A stretch of 54,298 bases of DNA from Amoebophrya sp. A120 (taxonomy: Eukaryota; Protista; Dinoflagellata): contig CAJINV010000003.1 in NCBI GenBank assembly GCA_905178155.1, positions 6,574,156-6,628,453 on the forward strand. Direction: 5' to 3'. The position numbers and the translations under genes are program-made. Below, piece by piece: positions 47,801-54,245 of this stretch. The notes beneath the pieces are model-generated. The model was given only the letters and a program-made list of their open reading frames with translations. It was not told the DNA's origin and made no database searches. Positions within the stretch are counted from its first letter, which is position 1. Every line of letters begins with the position of its first letter.

Positions 47801-50800
47801 CGAAAAATCCCCCCTACCCATATCGAAAACGAAATTTGTGATGCTGTATTTGAGTACACAAATCGACTTGCATTGCTAGAATGGAACAAAGAGGCGCAGT
47901 TGTGGCCTCGTTTGCAGGCAATTTGTCATGCTGTTTCCCACTTCCAGCTGCCTCCTGTCATGCTGAAGATGCAAGGCTTTCCCACGCAGCCCAGCACTAC
48001 AGTCCTTCGCATCTTTTCCCTTCTAGCATGACAAAGCTGATTTCTGGCCACAAATCTGCATACACAGATTTCCGCTTTGATACAGGGCGGAGGCTTTTTT
48101 CTCTTTGATATGGACGCCAACTATACGATATACTACTCAGACCTGCATTCCGAGCCCGACCCGCTGTGGGAGGACCGCGTGTGGAACACCTACCATAGCG
48201 CGGACACTGCAGACGCAAGCGAGAGCGCCGTGTACAGCAGCTACGATGCGGCAGCGACTAACAGCAGCGTGGCGCAGCAGCTCCCATACGCGGACCAGTA
48301 TCGGCAGCACTGGTTCGTGGACGCTGGTCACCTGCCGAAGGCAAACAGGCACCTCTTTACGCAGACGGGACAATACTCGATTGTGATTCGTGGGGACCTG
48401 CGGTGGCTGGGGGATTTGCTCGAGCTCGAGAAGTTTTTGTCCAACGACACGAGCCCCCGAAGCGGGGGTGCAGCAGCTGCCTCAAGAAGCACCACCACGC
48501 CGAGTAATGCGGCCTTGCTGCAAGTTCGCGAGGAGTACCTGAACTTCAAGCGATCCATATTACAATGAAAAATGCCCTCACCCCCGAACTTGGGAGCATT
48601 TGTATTGTAAACCTTTCCAAATGAAACACTCGCCCGCTTGCATCTATCAGCATCACAGGTTTCCGATCGTGAATAGCTGCAAAAATTTGTATTGCAAAAG
48701 ACCCCAGCAAGAGCGGCGCTTGTCATGCAAGCGATGCGATACACGCCTCGACTCTGCATCAGAAAGATTCATACTCCTTTCATGCATGACAAAAAGTTTC
48801 CATTTGGAAACTTCGCATCACAAATTTTTGCAATTTCATGGGTGGGGGGAACTTTTCACTGTAGTAATCCATCCGGGCGCTGAAGTCGCTCGGCAAGCAT
48901 GGGTCGACGCTGCTGCCAAACTTGTTCCAGGAGGCTGCTTTCTTGCAAACGCTTCCCGTACCCGCCGTGTTTGACAGGCACTGGGAGAACGCTACGAACC
49001 TCCGCAACTTCTTGCAGGGTGCAGCGTCGCTGCAAGCCGCGGACGTGCAGACCTGGGATACGAAGAAGGTGACGACCATGGAGAACCTGTTTGACCGGGC
49101 GGTCACCCTCGAGAATGTGACCGGGTTGGAGCAGTGGGATGTTTCCCAGGTGACCAACCTCGCGTCCCTGTTCCAGGACACGCCGATGCTTCAGTCGTTC
49201 CCCTTTGGGGTCGACGAGGCCCACGTCGACCCTAGTAGTAGTTCGGCGCGCGCCCCGGACGACGCATTTGGCGGGTGGGACATCCGCAAGGTCACAACGT
49301 TGTCAGCGATGTTTCGCAACAGCTCGCTGACCAGACCAAATGTTGCGGCGTGGGACCTCGTCAGCGTACGAAACCTATCTCACATGTTTGACAACGCGCG
49401 CACGGCCACTCCCGACGTGCGGACCTGGAACCTACACAAAGTCACAACCGTCGCTTACACTTTTCGCGGCGCCGCGGCCGCCAATCCCGACGTGAAAGTC
49501 TGGAACGTGGGCAAGGTGACCTCGTTATCAAAAGGAAAAATCCCCCCTCCGCATATCGAAAACTAAATTTGTGATGCTGTATTTGAGTACACAAATCGAC
49601 TTGCATTGCTAGAAGGCCCAGAGACGCAGTCGTGGCCTCGTTTGTAGGCAATTTGCCATGCTGTTTCCCACTTCCACCTGCCTCCTGTCATGCTGTAGCT
49701 GCAAGGCTTTTTCCACGCCCTACAGCACTACAGTCCGCACTTTTTCGCTTCTAGCATGACAAAATGATTTGTGTACACAAATCCCGCATCACAGAGCTCC
49801 ATTTTGATATGGGGAGGGGGGATTTTTCATTTTGATACTCGTTCGAGGGAGTCTTCGCGGACACCGACGTGGCGATCCCCGACATTCTATCCCATATAAA
49901 AACGTCCCCACACCATAGGCAAGATGTGAAATCTGCAACACAAATCTCCAAGTTTTGGGAGTTCTGCATGACAAGTTGTTTCCTGTGCAGTTTAGTCCTG
50001 GCTAGCAAGGAAAGCCGCGCAAAAAAGCCATTTTCTTATCCTGTTAACAGCATTACAAATGCCAAAACACGACTGGAAATGCCTCTCATGGAGATGCGCA
50101 CTACATGTGTTGCTGTCGTTGCGCATTTGCATGACATCAACCATCGGGCCGTTTGCACAGGGGGAGGCAAAGTGTGCCGCGCTTCTGTTTAGCATGACAA
50201 CTTCTATGGGGCGGGGACGTTTTTCCACAGGATGCGTTCGGGACTGGGACGTGACGCAGGCGGAGACGATGCGGGCCATGTTCCAGCGCGCGCGCCGTGC
50301 CTCTCCCTGCATCACGAAGTGGCAGATCTCGCTCAAGCTGCGCGACATCGCCTTCATGTTCAACGAGGCGTACTGCGCGACGCCAAACGTGGAGTGGTGG
50401 ATGGACAAGTGGCTGTACTACTGGACCAACGAGTACAGTCCGATCAAGCTGAACGAGGAGCAATTCGCGCGCGACGCCGGGCTGCTCGGGAGGTGCGAGC
50501 GGCCGCCGGAATCGATGTTCGACGCGGACAAGGGGCTGTATGGCGCTCTCAACTGTTACATCCTCAACTGTTACATGAATTTGTCATGCAAAAACAGCAA
50601 TAGGGAAAGGGGAAAGCTTGCAAGTCTTGCATCACAAATTTAGCACGGATTAAGATGCTGTTTTGCCCTTCGATAATTTGTCATGCGAAGCAGCTTGATC
50701 GTCTTGCGGCTCATGGTCATGCTGCATGACAAATCATGTAACAGTTGAGAATGTAACGTTTGAGAGCCCCATAGGCTGGACCTCACCTGTCCCGACGACG

Positions 50801-53481
50801 ACCCCTTCCGACTCGCGCTGAACCTGCGGGAGCCCGGGCAAACGACGGTGCGGCTCCCCTTCGACCTGTTCAGCCAGGAAAACCGCGTCACGGTCTACTG
50901 GGGCGAGGAGGGGTCCAAGGAGCAGGACCGGTTCGAGGACGTGGTGGCGAGCTCGAATTTTATCTCGCAGATGTCGGTGAAGGCGTACGACTGGTTTGAC
51001 CAAGCGCGCGGCACGGCGGCCCCGGGGGCGGCGCCCGTGGAGATGCCGGCCGCGACCAACACCTCCCAGCTGTTTCGGCTCCGCGGACACGTGCACACCT
51101 ACCAAGCACCCGGGAACTACACGGTCACCATCCGGGGGAAGATCGACCCCTGGTCCCACGAGCCGCCACCCTATCTGAACATGACCTACAACGCGACGGA
51201 CGCCGATGAGGAGGGCCACGTGGTTTACAACCAACTGGATGCCGGCCTGGTCTCGTCCCCCGCCGTGTTCGATTCGAAGGCCGCGATTGCCAAGCCTATC
51301 AACCAGCAGATCAAGAACTACAAGGCGGCCATGTCCACGATCAGCAGCATGGGCAAGTACGGCTCGTTGTTGCTCCCAAACCTGCTGCGCGACTGCGTCA
51401 ACCTGGAGCGGCTGCCGCTGGCGGGGCTGTTCGGCGACGCACTGAAGAACCCCCTGCTGCGGTCGATGAAGGGCATGTTCGCGGGCGCGCGCCGCCTGGT
51501 GCTGGTGAACGGTACCGGTTGGGACGTGTCCCGAATCACCGACTTTTCCTCCATGTTCGAGGATTGCATCGTGCTGGAGAAAGTTCTTGGCCTGGACAAG
51601 TGGGTCGTATCCGGCGGCGTTCGAAATGTGTCGCACGCGTTCGCAAAAACGAAGGTACGGTTTGAGCCGGGGTCTAGCGAAGATCTGAAGCATTGGTTCA
51701 CCCCGATCAACGAGGATGAGCAGCAGGCCGCTTCGGCTTCTTCGTTGCGGCGGGGACGGCAGCTATCGACGTCCAGCATACGACGGCTGAGCACCGGCGT
51801 AGACAATCTGCAAGGCATGTTTTACCAGGCCCCCTTCGCCAACCCGAACACGACCTTGTGGCAGACGCAGTTCGTGACGGACTTCTCGCTTCTCTTCGAC
51901 TTTGCCGTCTCCGCGCAGCCGGACACTGCGCTCTGGGACACGGGCCAGGGGCGGACGTTTGCGAACATGTTTTCCCACACCGCCTATCAAATGTAAAAAT
52001 GTCTGGGTCTGGAAGAATGCAACTGGTCATGCTAAATCTGAAACATGCAAAAATCTGTGTTGCGTGATTACCAAAAGTCGCCTAGTTTTGACCAAGTCGG
52101 AAGGGAGTTTCTCATGCAGGATAGGCATGAGAGAGATCGCGCAGAATCTGTCATGCTAAGTCCTGCATTCCAGGCCTGATGGGTCATGGAAAAGCTGCAT
52201 GACAAGTCGCGCATTCTTCCAGACCCAGACATTTTTGCATTTGATACCGCCAAAGTCAACCCGGACACGAAAAACTGGAACACGGAGTCTGCGACGTATC
52301 AAATGTAAAAATGTCTGGGTCTGGAAGATCAAGATTGCCAGGCTTGTCATGCACATTTTGCATGACTCCTGATGTCTGTGATGCATGCCCTAGCGTCACA
52401 GATTTTGTGAGGGCCTCCTGATGCCTATACCGCATGACAAATGCTCTTTCCGTGTAGCAAAACTTGGACTCTCTCTGCTGCTCATGCAATACAGATTTTT
52501 TCAAATTCCAAAATCAGCATCACAAGTTGGATTCTTCCAGAGGACGCAGACATTTTTACAGTTGATACGACGTCCTTCCAAGCCATGTTCCAAGACAGCA
52601 CCAACGCCGACCCGCAGGTGTTCCACTGGAAGTGCAGCAAGCTGCGGGACGCGTCCTTCATGTTTGACGGGGCGGTCCGGGCCAACCCCTGCGTGTCCTT
52701 CTGGGACACCAGGAGTGTGACCGACATGAAGCACATGTTTCGGAACGCGTACTGTGCGACGCCCAATCTGAATGACTGGAACCACGACCAAGATACCGCG
52801 ACGAGCACCCGAGTGTTCGAGAACACTGGGACGCTGGGGTCGCGGTGCAGCTACTACGACGTGGATAACGCAGTGGTCAGTAATGCGCATGCACAGGCCT
52901 CCCTGTTGCAGTACTACGCGCGACCGTTGGCCGCGGACTTCGCGGAACACCATTCCTGGTCGGACAAGCGGGAGTACTGGCAGTTCTTCAACCGGAGTCA
53001 GATGACGGACCCGCAGTGCGGAAAAGCCGACGACGCCATTCGGCTGACGGTGCAAATTACGAGCGCCCCCACCACAGTCCGCCTGCCCCTGAAGTACGAC
53101 AAGTCGATCAACGGCTACACCCTGTATTGGGACGAGGACTGGAACAGCGGCGCCGCCTGGCGGCGGAAGGACCCCCAGTATCTGGATGGGGCTGGGAACG
53201 ACAACAACGCGGCGCACACCTACAACGCCGTCGGCTTTTACACGATCGTGGTCCGCGGGGACCTAACCTCCTGGCACTTGTTCCACGACGCCGAATATGA
53301 ACTGCAAAAGTATCGTACTCGTATAAATGCATTTACAAATTTTCTCAGCATGAGAAATGAAATTTGTAATGCTGATTTGCCTTGACAAAGAAATTTGTAA
53401 TGCAAGACCTGCATTTATACGAGTACGATACTTTTGCACAGCATACCGAAGCGGACGCGAACGCGAATAACTACCCGAACC
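2803..53481 (+). CDS. Giant split gene (partial at both ends): PKD-like + DUF285/BspA-like repeat surface protein with PAN/apple-, discoidin- and LamG-like inserts; about 56 coding blocks, about 8,900 aa visible
   Basis: Joining the blocks between TIR elements and keeping one 5-bp repeat gives a continuous frame, e.g. HAEC|LALC, RF|EDPW, PAK|VTD, TQF|GSN, VYW|GEG, DPF|RLV, KV|TSM. A recurrent module is CPDDDPFR..LP..TVxWGDG..HTY..GxYxVxIRG..NWK..LG..LF..(W[DN]VxKVxxMxxMF)n..PC..W..CATPN. Domain names come from motif recognition, not from a search. Confidence 0.9.
2863..3295. mobile_element. TIR intron-like element, family B
   Basis: TSD gaatg/gaatg; tatc...aaaatcccccctcccc and ggggagggggga...gata. 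Confidence 0.9.
3296..3845 (+). CDS. Coding block, Cys-rich (PAN/apple-like start ECLALCAQDPSC)
   Basis: Core of ORF 3338-3994, bounded by elements. Confidence 0.8.
3846..4172. mobile_element. TIR element, family B
   Basis: TSD ttcgg/ttcgg. Confidence 0.9.
4299..4497. mobile_element. Degenerate TIR element (family F-like), in frame and stop-free
   Basis: TSD cccat/cccat; tatcgaacaaaaaaagtt ... aactttgctctctccata. Confidence 0.7.
4622..4900. mobile_element. TIR element, family C
   Basis: TSD tacct/tacct; tatcctgagtaaaaacgtccccacaccagag and ctctggtgtgggtacgtttttactcaggata. Confidence 0.95.
5051..5319. mobile_element. TIR element, family A
   Basis: TSD ttcga/ttcga; tatcaaatgcaaaaatgtctgggtc and gacccagacatttttgcatttgata. 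Confidence 0.95.
5372..5636. mobile_element. TIR element, family A
   Basis: TSD gtgcg/gtgcg. Confidence 0.9.
5909..6317. mobile_element. TIR element, family B, with nested insert 6168-6255
   Basis: TSD gatgc/gatgc. Confidence 0.9.
6700..6961. mobile_element. TIR element, family A
   Basis: TSD aggtt/aggtt. Confidence 0.9.
7090..7352. mobile_element. TIR element, family A
   Basis: TSD gggcc/gggcc. Confidence 0.9.
7485..7800. mobile_element. TIR element, family B
   Basis: TSD gattg/gatcg. Confidence 0.85.
7801..8966 (+). CDS. Coding block: PKD-like + DUF285-like repeats
   Basis: Core of ORF 7916-9181: WWGD..HTY, WDTSKVENFNEMF repeats. Confidence 0.9.
8967..9228. mobile_element. TIR element, family A
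   Basis: TSD gaggt/gagct. Confidence 0.9.
9284..9607. mobile_element. TIR element, family B (1-nt frame irregularity)
   Basis: TSD cccct/cccct. Confidence 0.85.
9717..10141. mobile_element. TIR element, family B, with nested insert 9982-10070
   Basis: TSD gtgga/gtgga. Confidence 0.9.
10142..11146 (+). CDS. Coding block: PKD-like + DUF285-like repeats
   Basis: Core of ORF 9796-11178. Confidence 0.9.
11147..11427. mobile_element. TIR element, family A (right junction hit by the next element)
   Basis: TSD gaact/gagcc after removing 11431-11685. Confidence 0.8.
11431..11685. mobile_element. TIR element, family A, inserted on the right end of the previous element
   Basis: TSD tagag/tagag (11426-11430, 11686-11690). 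Confidence 0.85.
11758..12063. mobile_element. TIR element, family A
   Basis: TSD gcacc/ccacc; ends gatg. Confidence 0.8.
12111..12324. mobile_element. TIR element, family F
   Basis: TSD cgaag/cgaag; tatcgaagaaaaaactgtttcactgtaa and ttacagtggaacagttttttcttacgata. Confidence 0.9.
12433..12738. mobile_element. TIR element, family B
   Basis: TSD ggact/ggact. Confidence 0.9.
12790..14318. mobile_element. TIR element, family A, expanded by nested insertion 12944-14204
   Basis: TSD cagtt/cagtt. Confidence 0.9.
12944..14204 (+). mobile_element. Nested retroelement-like insertion with two ~315-bp direct repeats ending in (CTA)n
   Basis: Repeats at about 12946-13260 and 13894-14204; agcgta on both flanks; each repeat contains a 35-bp tandem dimer. 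Confidence 0.7.
14465..14774. mobile_element. TIR element, family B
   Basis: TSD tactg/tactg. Confidence 0.9.
14949..16601. mobile_element. TIR element, family D, expanded by about 1.4 kb of foreign DNA
   Basis: TSD actgg/actgg; ends match element 50539-50773. Confidence 0.85.
16772..17041. mobile_element. TIR element, family A (diverged)
   Basis: TSD gcgcg/gtgcg. Confidence 0.8.
17099..17412. mobile_element. TIR element, family C
   Basis: TSD gccgt/gccgt; ends gatg. Confidence 0.85.
17539..17806. mobile_element. TIR element, family A
   Basis: TSD atgcg/ctgcg. Confidence 0.9.
17889..18461. mobile_element. TIR element, family B, spanning an N-gap and a nested insert
   Basis: TSD taccg/taccg. 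Confidence 0.85.
18009..18272. other. Assembly gap
   Basis: Run of N. Confidence 1.
18578..18899. mobile_element. TIR element, family B
   Basis: TSD caagg/caagg. Confidence 0.9.
18971..19641. mobile_element. TIR element, family C, host of a nested element
   Basis: TSD cgaga/cgaga; ends ggacg. Confidence 0.85.
19309..19631. mobile_element. TIR element, family B, nested in the right TIR of 18971-19641
   Basis: TSD tctca/cctca. Confidence 0.85.
20037..20290. mobile_element. TIR element, family A
   Basis: TSD ttccg/taccg. Confidence 0.9.
20557..20856. mobile_element. TIR element, family A
   Basis: TSD cttcc/cttcc. Confidence 0.9.
20915..21199. mobile_element. TIR element, family C
   Basis: TSD ccagt/ccagt. 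Confidence 0.9.
21587..21913. mobile_element. TIR element, family B
   Basis: TSD actag/actag. Confidence 0.9.
21971..22237. mobile_element. TIR element, family A
   Basis: TSD aaagt/aaagt; ends gaca. Confidence 0.85.
22238..26752 (+). CDS. Largest uninterrupted coding block: about 2.5 PKD/DUF285 modules plus an acidic linker
   Basis: ORF 22226-26755 (1509 aa). Confidence 0.95.
26753..27094. mobile_element. TIR element, family A
   Basis: TSD cgggt/cgggt; tagg...catg variant ends. Confidence 0.85.
27138..27448. mobile_element. TIR element, family A
   Basis: TSD tgccg/tgccg. Confidence 0.9.
27678..27998. mobile_element. TIR element, family B
   Basis: TSD cgtga/cgtga. Confidence 0.9.
27999..29122 (+). 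CDS. Coding block: PAN/apple-like Cys domains and start of a discoidin-like domain
   Basis: ECRYLCAMTEKCVQF..CTLL, DCRYLCAETPQCSSF..CTLY; WHELEF..VTG..HSLD|GSSW. Confidence 0.8.
29123..29633. mobile_element. TIR element, family A, with (GAT)n-tailed insert
   Basis: TSD ggacg/gaatg. Confidence 0.8.
29634..30782 (+). CDS. Coding block: poly-Thr linker and PAN/apple-like domains
   Basis: ORF 29656-30828. Confidence 0.85.
30783..31170. mobile_element. TIR element, family B, with nested insert 30842-30904
   Basis: TSD ccggg/ccggg; ends gatc. Confidence 0.85.
31171..31750 (+). CDS. Coding block: PAN/apple-like + discoidin-like
   Basis: ECRYLCAETPECGGF; WWEAEFRD..ITG. Confidence 0.8.
31751..32073. 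mobile_element. TIR element, family B
   Basis: TSD gacct/gccct; starts catc. Confidence 0.8.
32074..32716 (+). CDS. Coding block: return to DUF285-like repeats
   Basis: Core of ORF 32093-32890. Confidence 0.85.
32717..33032. mobile_element. TIR element, family B (diverged)
   Basis: TSD atttt/atttt. Confidence 0.85.
33033..33523 (+). CDS. Coding block: DUF285-like repeats
   Basis: Core of ORF 32960-33535. Confidence 0.85.
33524..33572. mobile_element. TIR element, family C, left end only (runs into gap)
   Basis: tatcctaagtaaaaacgtccccacccc. Confidence 0.85.
33573..33672. other. Assembly gap (100 N, true size unknown)
   Basis: Run of N. Confidence 1.
33751..35709 (+). mobile_element. Non-LTR retrotransposon ORF2, C-terminal part: RT thumb region, RNase H, Zn knuckle
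   Basis: LGFLFD and LKAILNLPKTAP..SGLL (RT end/thumb); RNase H motifs ICTDGS, ECFAL, YLDPNS, WVPGHAGLYFNDAAD; CKFC..H..C. Confidence 0.85.
37380..37450. mobile_element. TIR element right end (family F-like)
   Basis: tgtgatgctgtttttttcttggata directly before coding resumes; left coordinate approximate. Confidence 0.6.
37451..38912 (+). CDS. Coding block: one full PKD/DUF285 module
   Basis: Core of ORF 37387-38943. Confidence 0.9.
38913..39194. mobile_element. TIR element, family C
   Basis: TSD atcga/atcga. Confidence 0.9.
39195..40245 (+). CDS. Coding block: PKD-like domain with inserted LamG/ConA-like domain
   Basis: LADGNYHTYRVEVNSNQITATVDG between YWGE and RHTY. Confidence 0.8.
40246..40684. 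mobile_element. TIR element, family A, with (CCAA)n-tailed insert 40470-40641
   Basis: TSD agtga/agtga. Confidence 0.9.
40738..41013. mobile_element. TIR element, family C
   Basis: TSD gatca/gatca. Confidence 0.9.
41377..41788. mobile_element. TIR element, family C, with duplicated (ATG)n insert
   Basis: TSD cggtt/cggct. Confidence 0.9.
42030..42356. mobile_element. TIR element, family B
   Basis: TSD catgt/catgt. Confidence 0.9.
42357..45395 (+). CDS. Coding block: two closely related PKD/DUF285 modules, the second with an RRLL linker and Cys domain insert
   Basis: Core of ORF 42280-45546. Confidence 0.95.
45396..45651. mobile_element. TIR element, family A
   Basis: TSD gacgt/gacgt. Confidence 0.9.
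45652..46561 (+). CDS. Coding block: PKD/DUF285 module
   Basis: Core of ORF 45568-46593. Confidence 0.9.
46562..46711. mobile_element. TIR element, family E (150 bp)
   Basis: TSD gcact/gcact; tatcctgtgcaaaagtatcgtact and agtacgatccttttgcagttcata. Confidence 0.9.
46830..47097. mobile_element. TIR element, family A
   Basis: TSD tgcag/cgcag. Confidence 0.85.
47098..47792 (+). CDS. Coding block: DUF285-like repeats
   Basis: Core of ORF 47124-47879. Confidence 0.9.
47793..48110. mobile_element. TIR element, family B
   Basis: TSD tcgac/tggac. Confidence 0.85.
48558..48866. mobile_element. TIR element, family B-like (diverged)
   Basis: TSD atcca/atcca; tattacaatgaaaa and ttttcactgtagta. Confidence 0.85.
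48867..49525 (+). CDS. Coding block: DUF285-like repeats
   Basis: Core of ORF 48922-49566. Confidence 0.9.
49526..49837. mobile_element. TIR element, family B
   Basis: TSD ctcgt/ctcgt. Confidence 0.9.
49888..50234. mobile_element. TIR element, family C
   Basis: TSD cattc/cgttc; ends gatg. Confidence 0.85.
50539..50773. mobile_element. TIR element, family D
   Basis: TSD ggctg/ggctg; tatggcgctctcaactgttacat and atgtaacgtttgagagccccata. Confidence 0.9.
50774..51984 (+). CDS. Coding block: PKD/DUF285 module
   Basis: Core of ORF 50848-51996. Confidence 0.9.
51985..52246. mobile_element. TIR element, family A
   Basis: TSD ccgcc/ccgcc. Confidence 0.9.
52297..52567. mobile_element. TIR element, family A
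   Basis: TSD cgacg/cgacg. Confidence 0.9.
52568..53295 (+). CDS. Coding block: end of DUF285 repeats + PKD-like domain
   Basis: Core of ORF 52441-53385. Confidence 0.9.
53296..53445. mobile_element. TIR element, family E (150 bp)
   Basis: TSD ccgaa/ccgaa; tgcaaaagtatcgtactcgtataaatgca inverted at the right end. Confidence 0.95.
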
Positions 53482-53724
53482 TATTGAGAGGAAAAATTCC
53501 CCCTCCCCATACTGAAAAGGCACGCTGCTAAAAATTTGTGATGCTGATTTGTGACCACAAATCCTGCCTCTCTTGCGAGGGGGCAAATCCAAAGAGTCCG
53601 CCGCTGCATACCGGAGATTTTTCATGCTGTTACGCCTACATCGAAGGCCTCTGCTATGCTAAGCGGCTACACAAAAACACCCCTGCGCAGGCTGAGGCTT
53701 TGCCTGCAGTGCCTCACTAGCCTC
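53482..53724. mobile_element. TIR element, family B, left part (interrupted)
   Basis: tattgagaggaaaaattccccctccccata; no right TIR in the window. Confidence 0.8.
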
Positions 53725-54245
53725 CAGAAGCTCCGCCTGTACGTGGTTGACATGTAAAACAAGTATCCGCTAGATAGAGGATGAAAAAATAAATAGAAGC
53801 GCAAAGATGACAGGACGACCCACGCGAATCTTATTGGGATACGATCCAAAAAAAAAAAAGTGCGAAGGATGACAAGGAAACCCGCCCGCAGCTCGCCACT
53901 GCTGCCTCTCTTCTGTTGAAGAAAGCGCAGCGGCCCGCGGGCGCGAAGAGTGGAGCTCGCTGGGTGGCGGACTTGCAGCGCCCCGCGACATCGGCCCGCT
54001 TGGCTATGGCCTCGCGCCTGCCGGCTGGCTGGCCGTCGCATGAGCCACGCCGGGCTAGCTGGGCCCCGGGTTAGTTTGGCCTCGCGCCCGCCCGGCTAGC
54101 TCGAGCCGGCACGGGCCGGGATGGCCGGGTCGCCTTTCGTTGTCTGGGCCCACCTTGCCTTCGGCCGCGCGGATTAGTTCGTTGTAGGCCGCACGGCTTC
54201 GGTTTTGGCACCTGGCTGCGCGGGCCCGGTTTTGCCGCTTCTCTG

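Noticed and set aside
5051-52567. Short ORFs containing CKNVWVWK, FQTQTFLHLI, KIPPPHI or MGRGDF
   Set aside because: These are translations of the family A and B TIRs, not proteins.
2863-53445. Canonical GT-AG introns, or Paramecium-type TA-bounded IESs
   Set aside because: GT/AG occurs at only a minority of ends, by chance of the repeat sequence. The duplicated unit is a variable 5-mer outside TAT..ATA, and no TA is left in the restored frame.
2863-53445. Assignment to a named DNA transposon superfamily such as Transib or Ginger
   Set aside because: A 5-bp TSD would fit, but the TAT termini do not match CAC or TGT, and no transposase is in the window.
2803-53481. Dead pseudogene riddled with MITEs
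   Set aside because: The coding blocks show no stops and only one 1-nt irregularity, while the elements are diverged and contain further insertions. Expression is still unproven.
2803-53481. Dozens of separate small DUF285 genes, as the ORF track suggests
   Set aside because: The ORFs begin and end inside elements, and motifs continue exactly across the junctions.
2863-53724. Recurring ~30-bp repeats as a CRISPR array or bacterial REP/IS elements
   Set aside because: The repeats are inverted pairs bounding 150-450-bp units with 5-bp duplications and are irregularly spaced. There are no cas or transposase genes and the context is eukaryotic.
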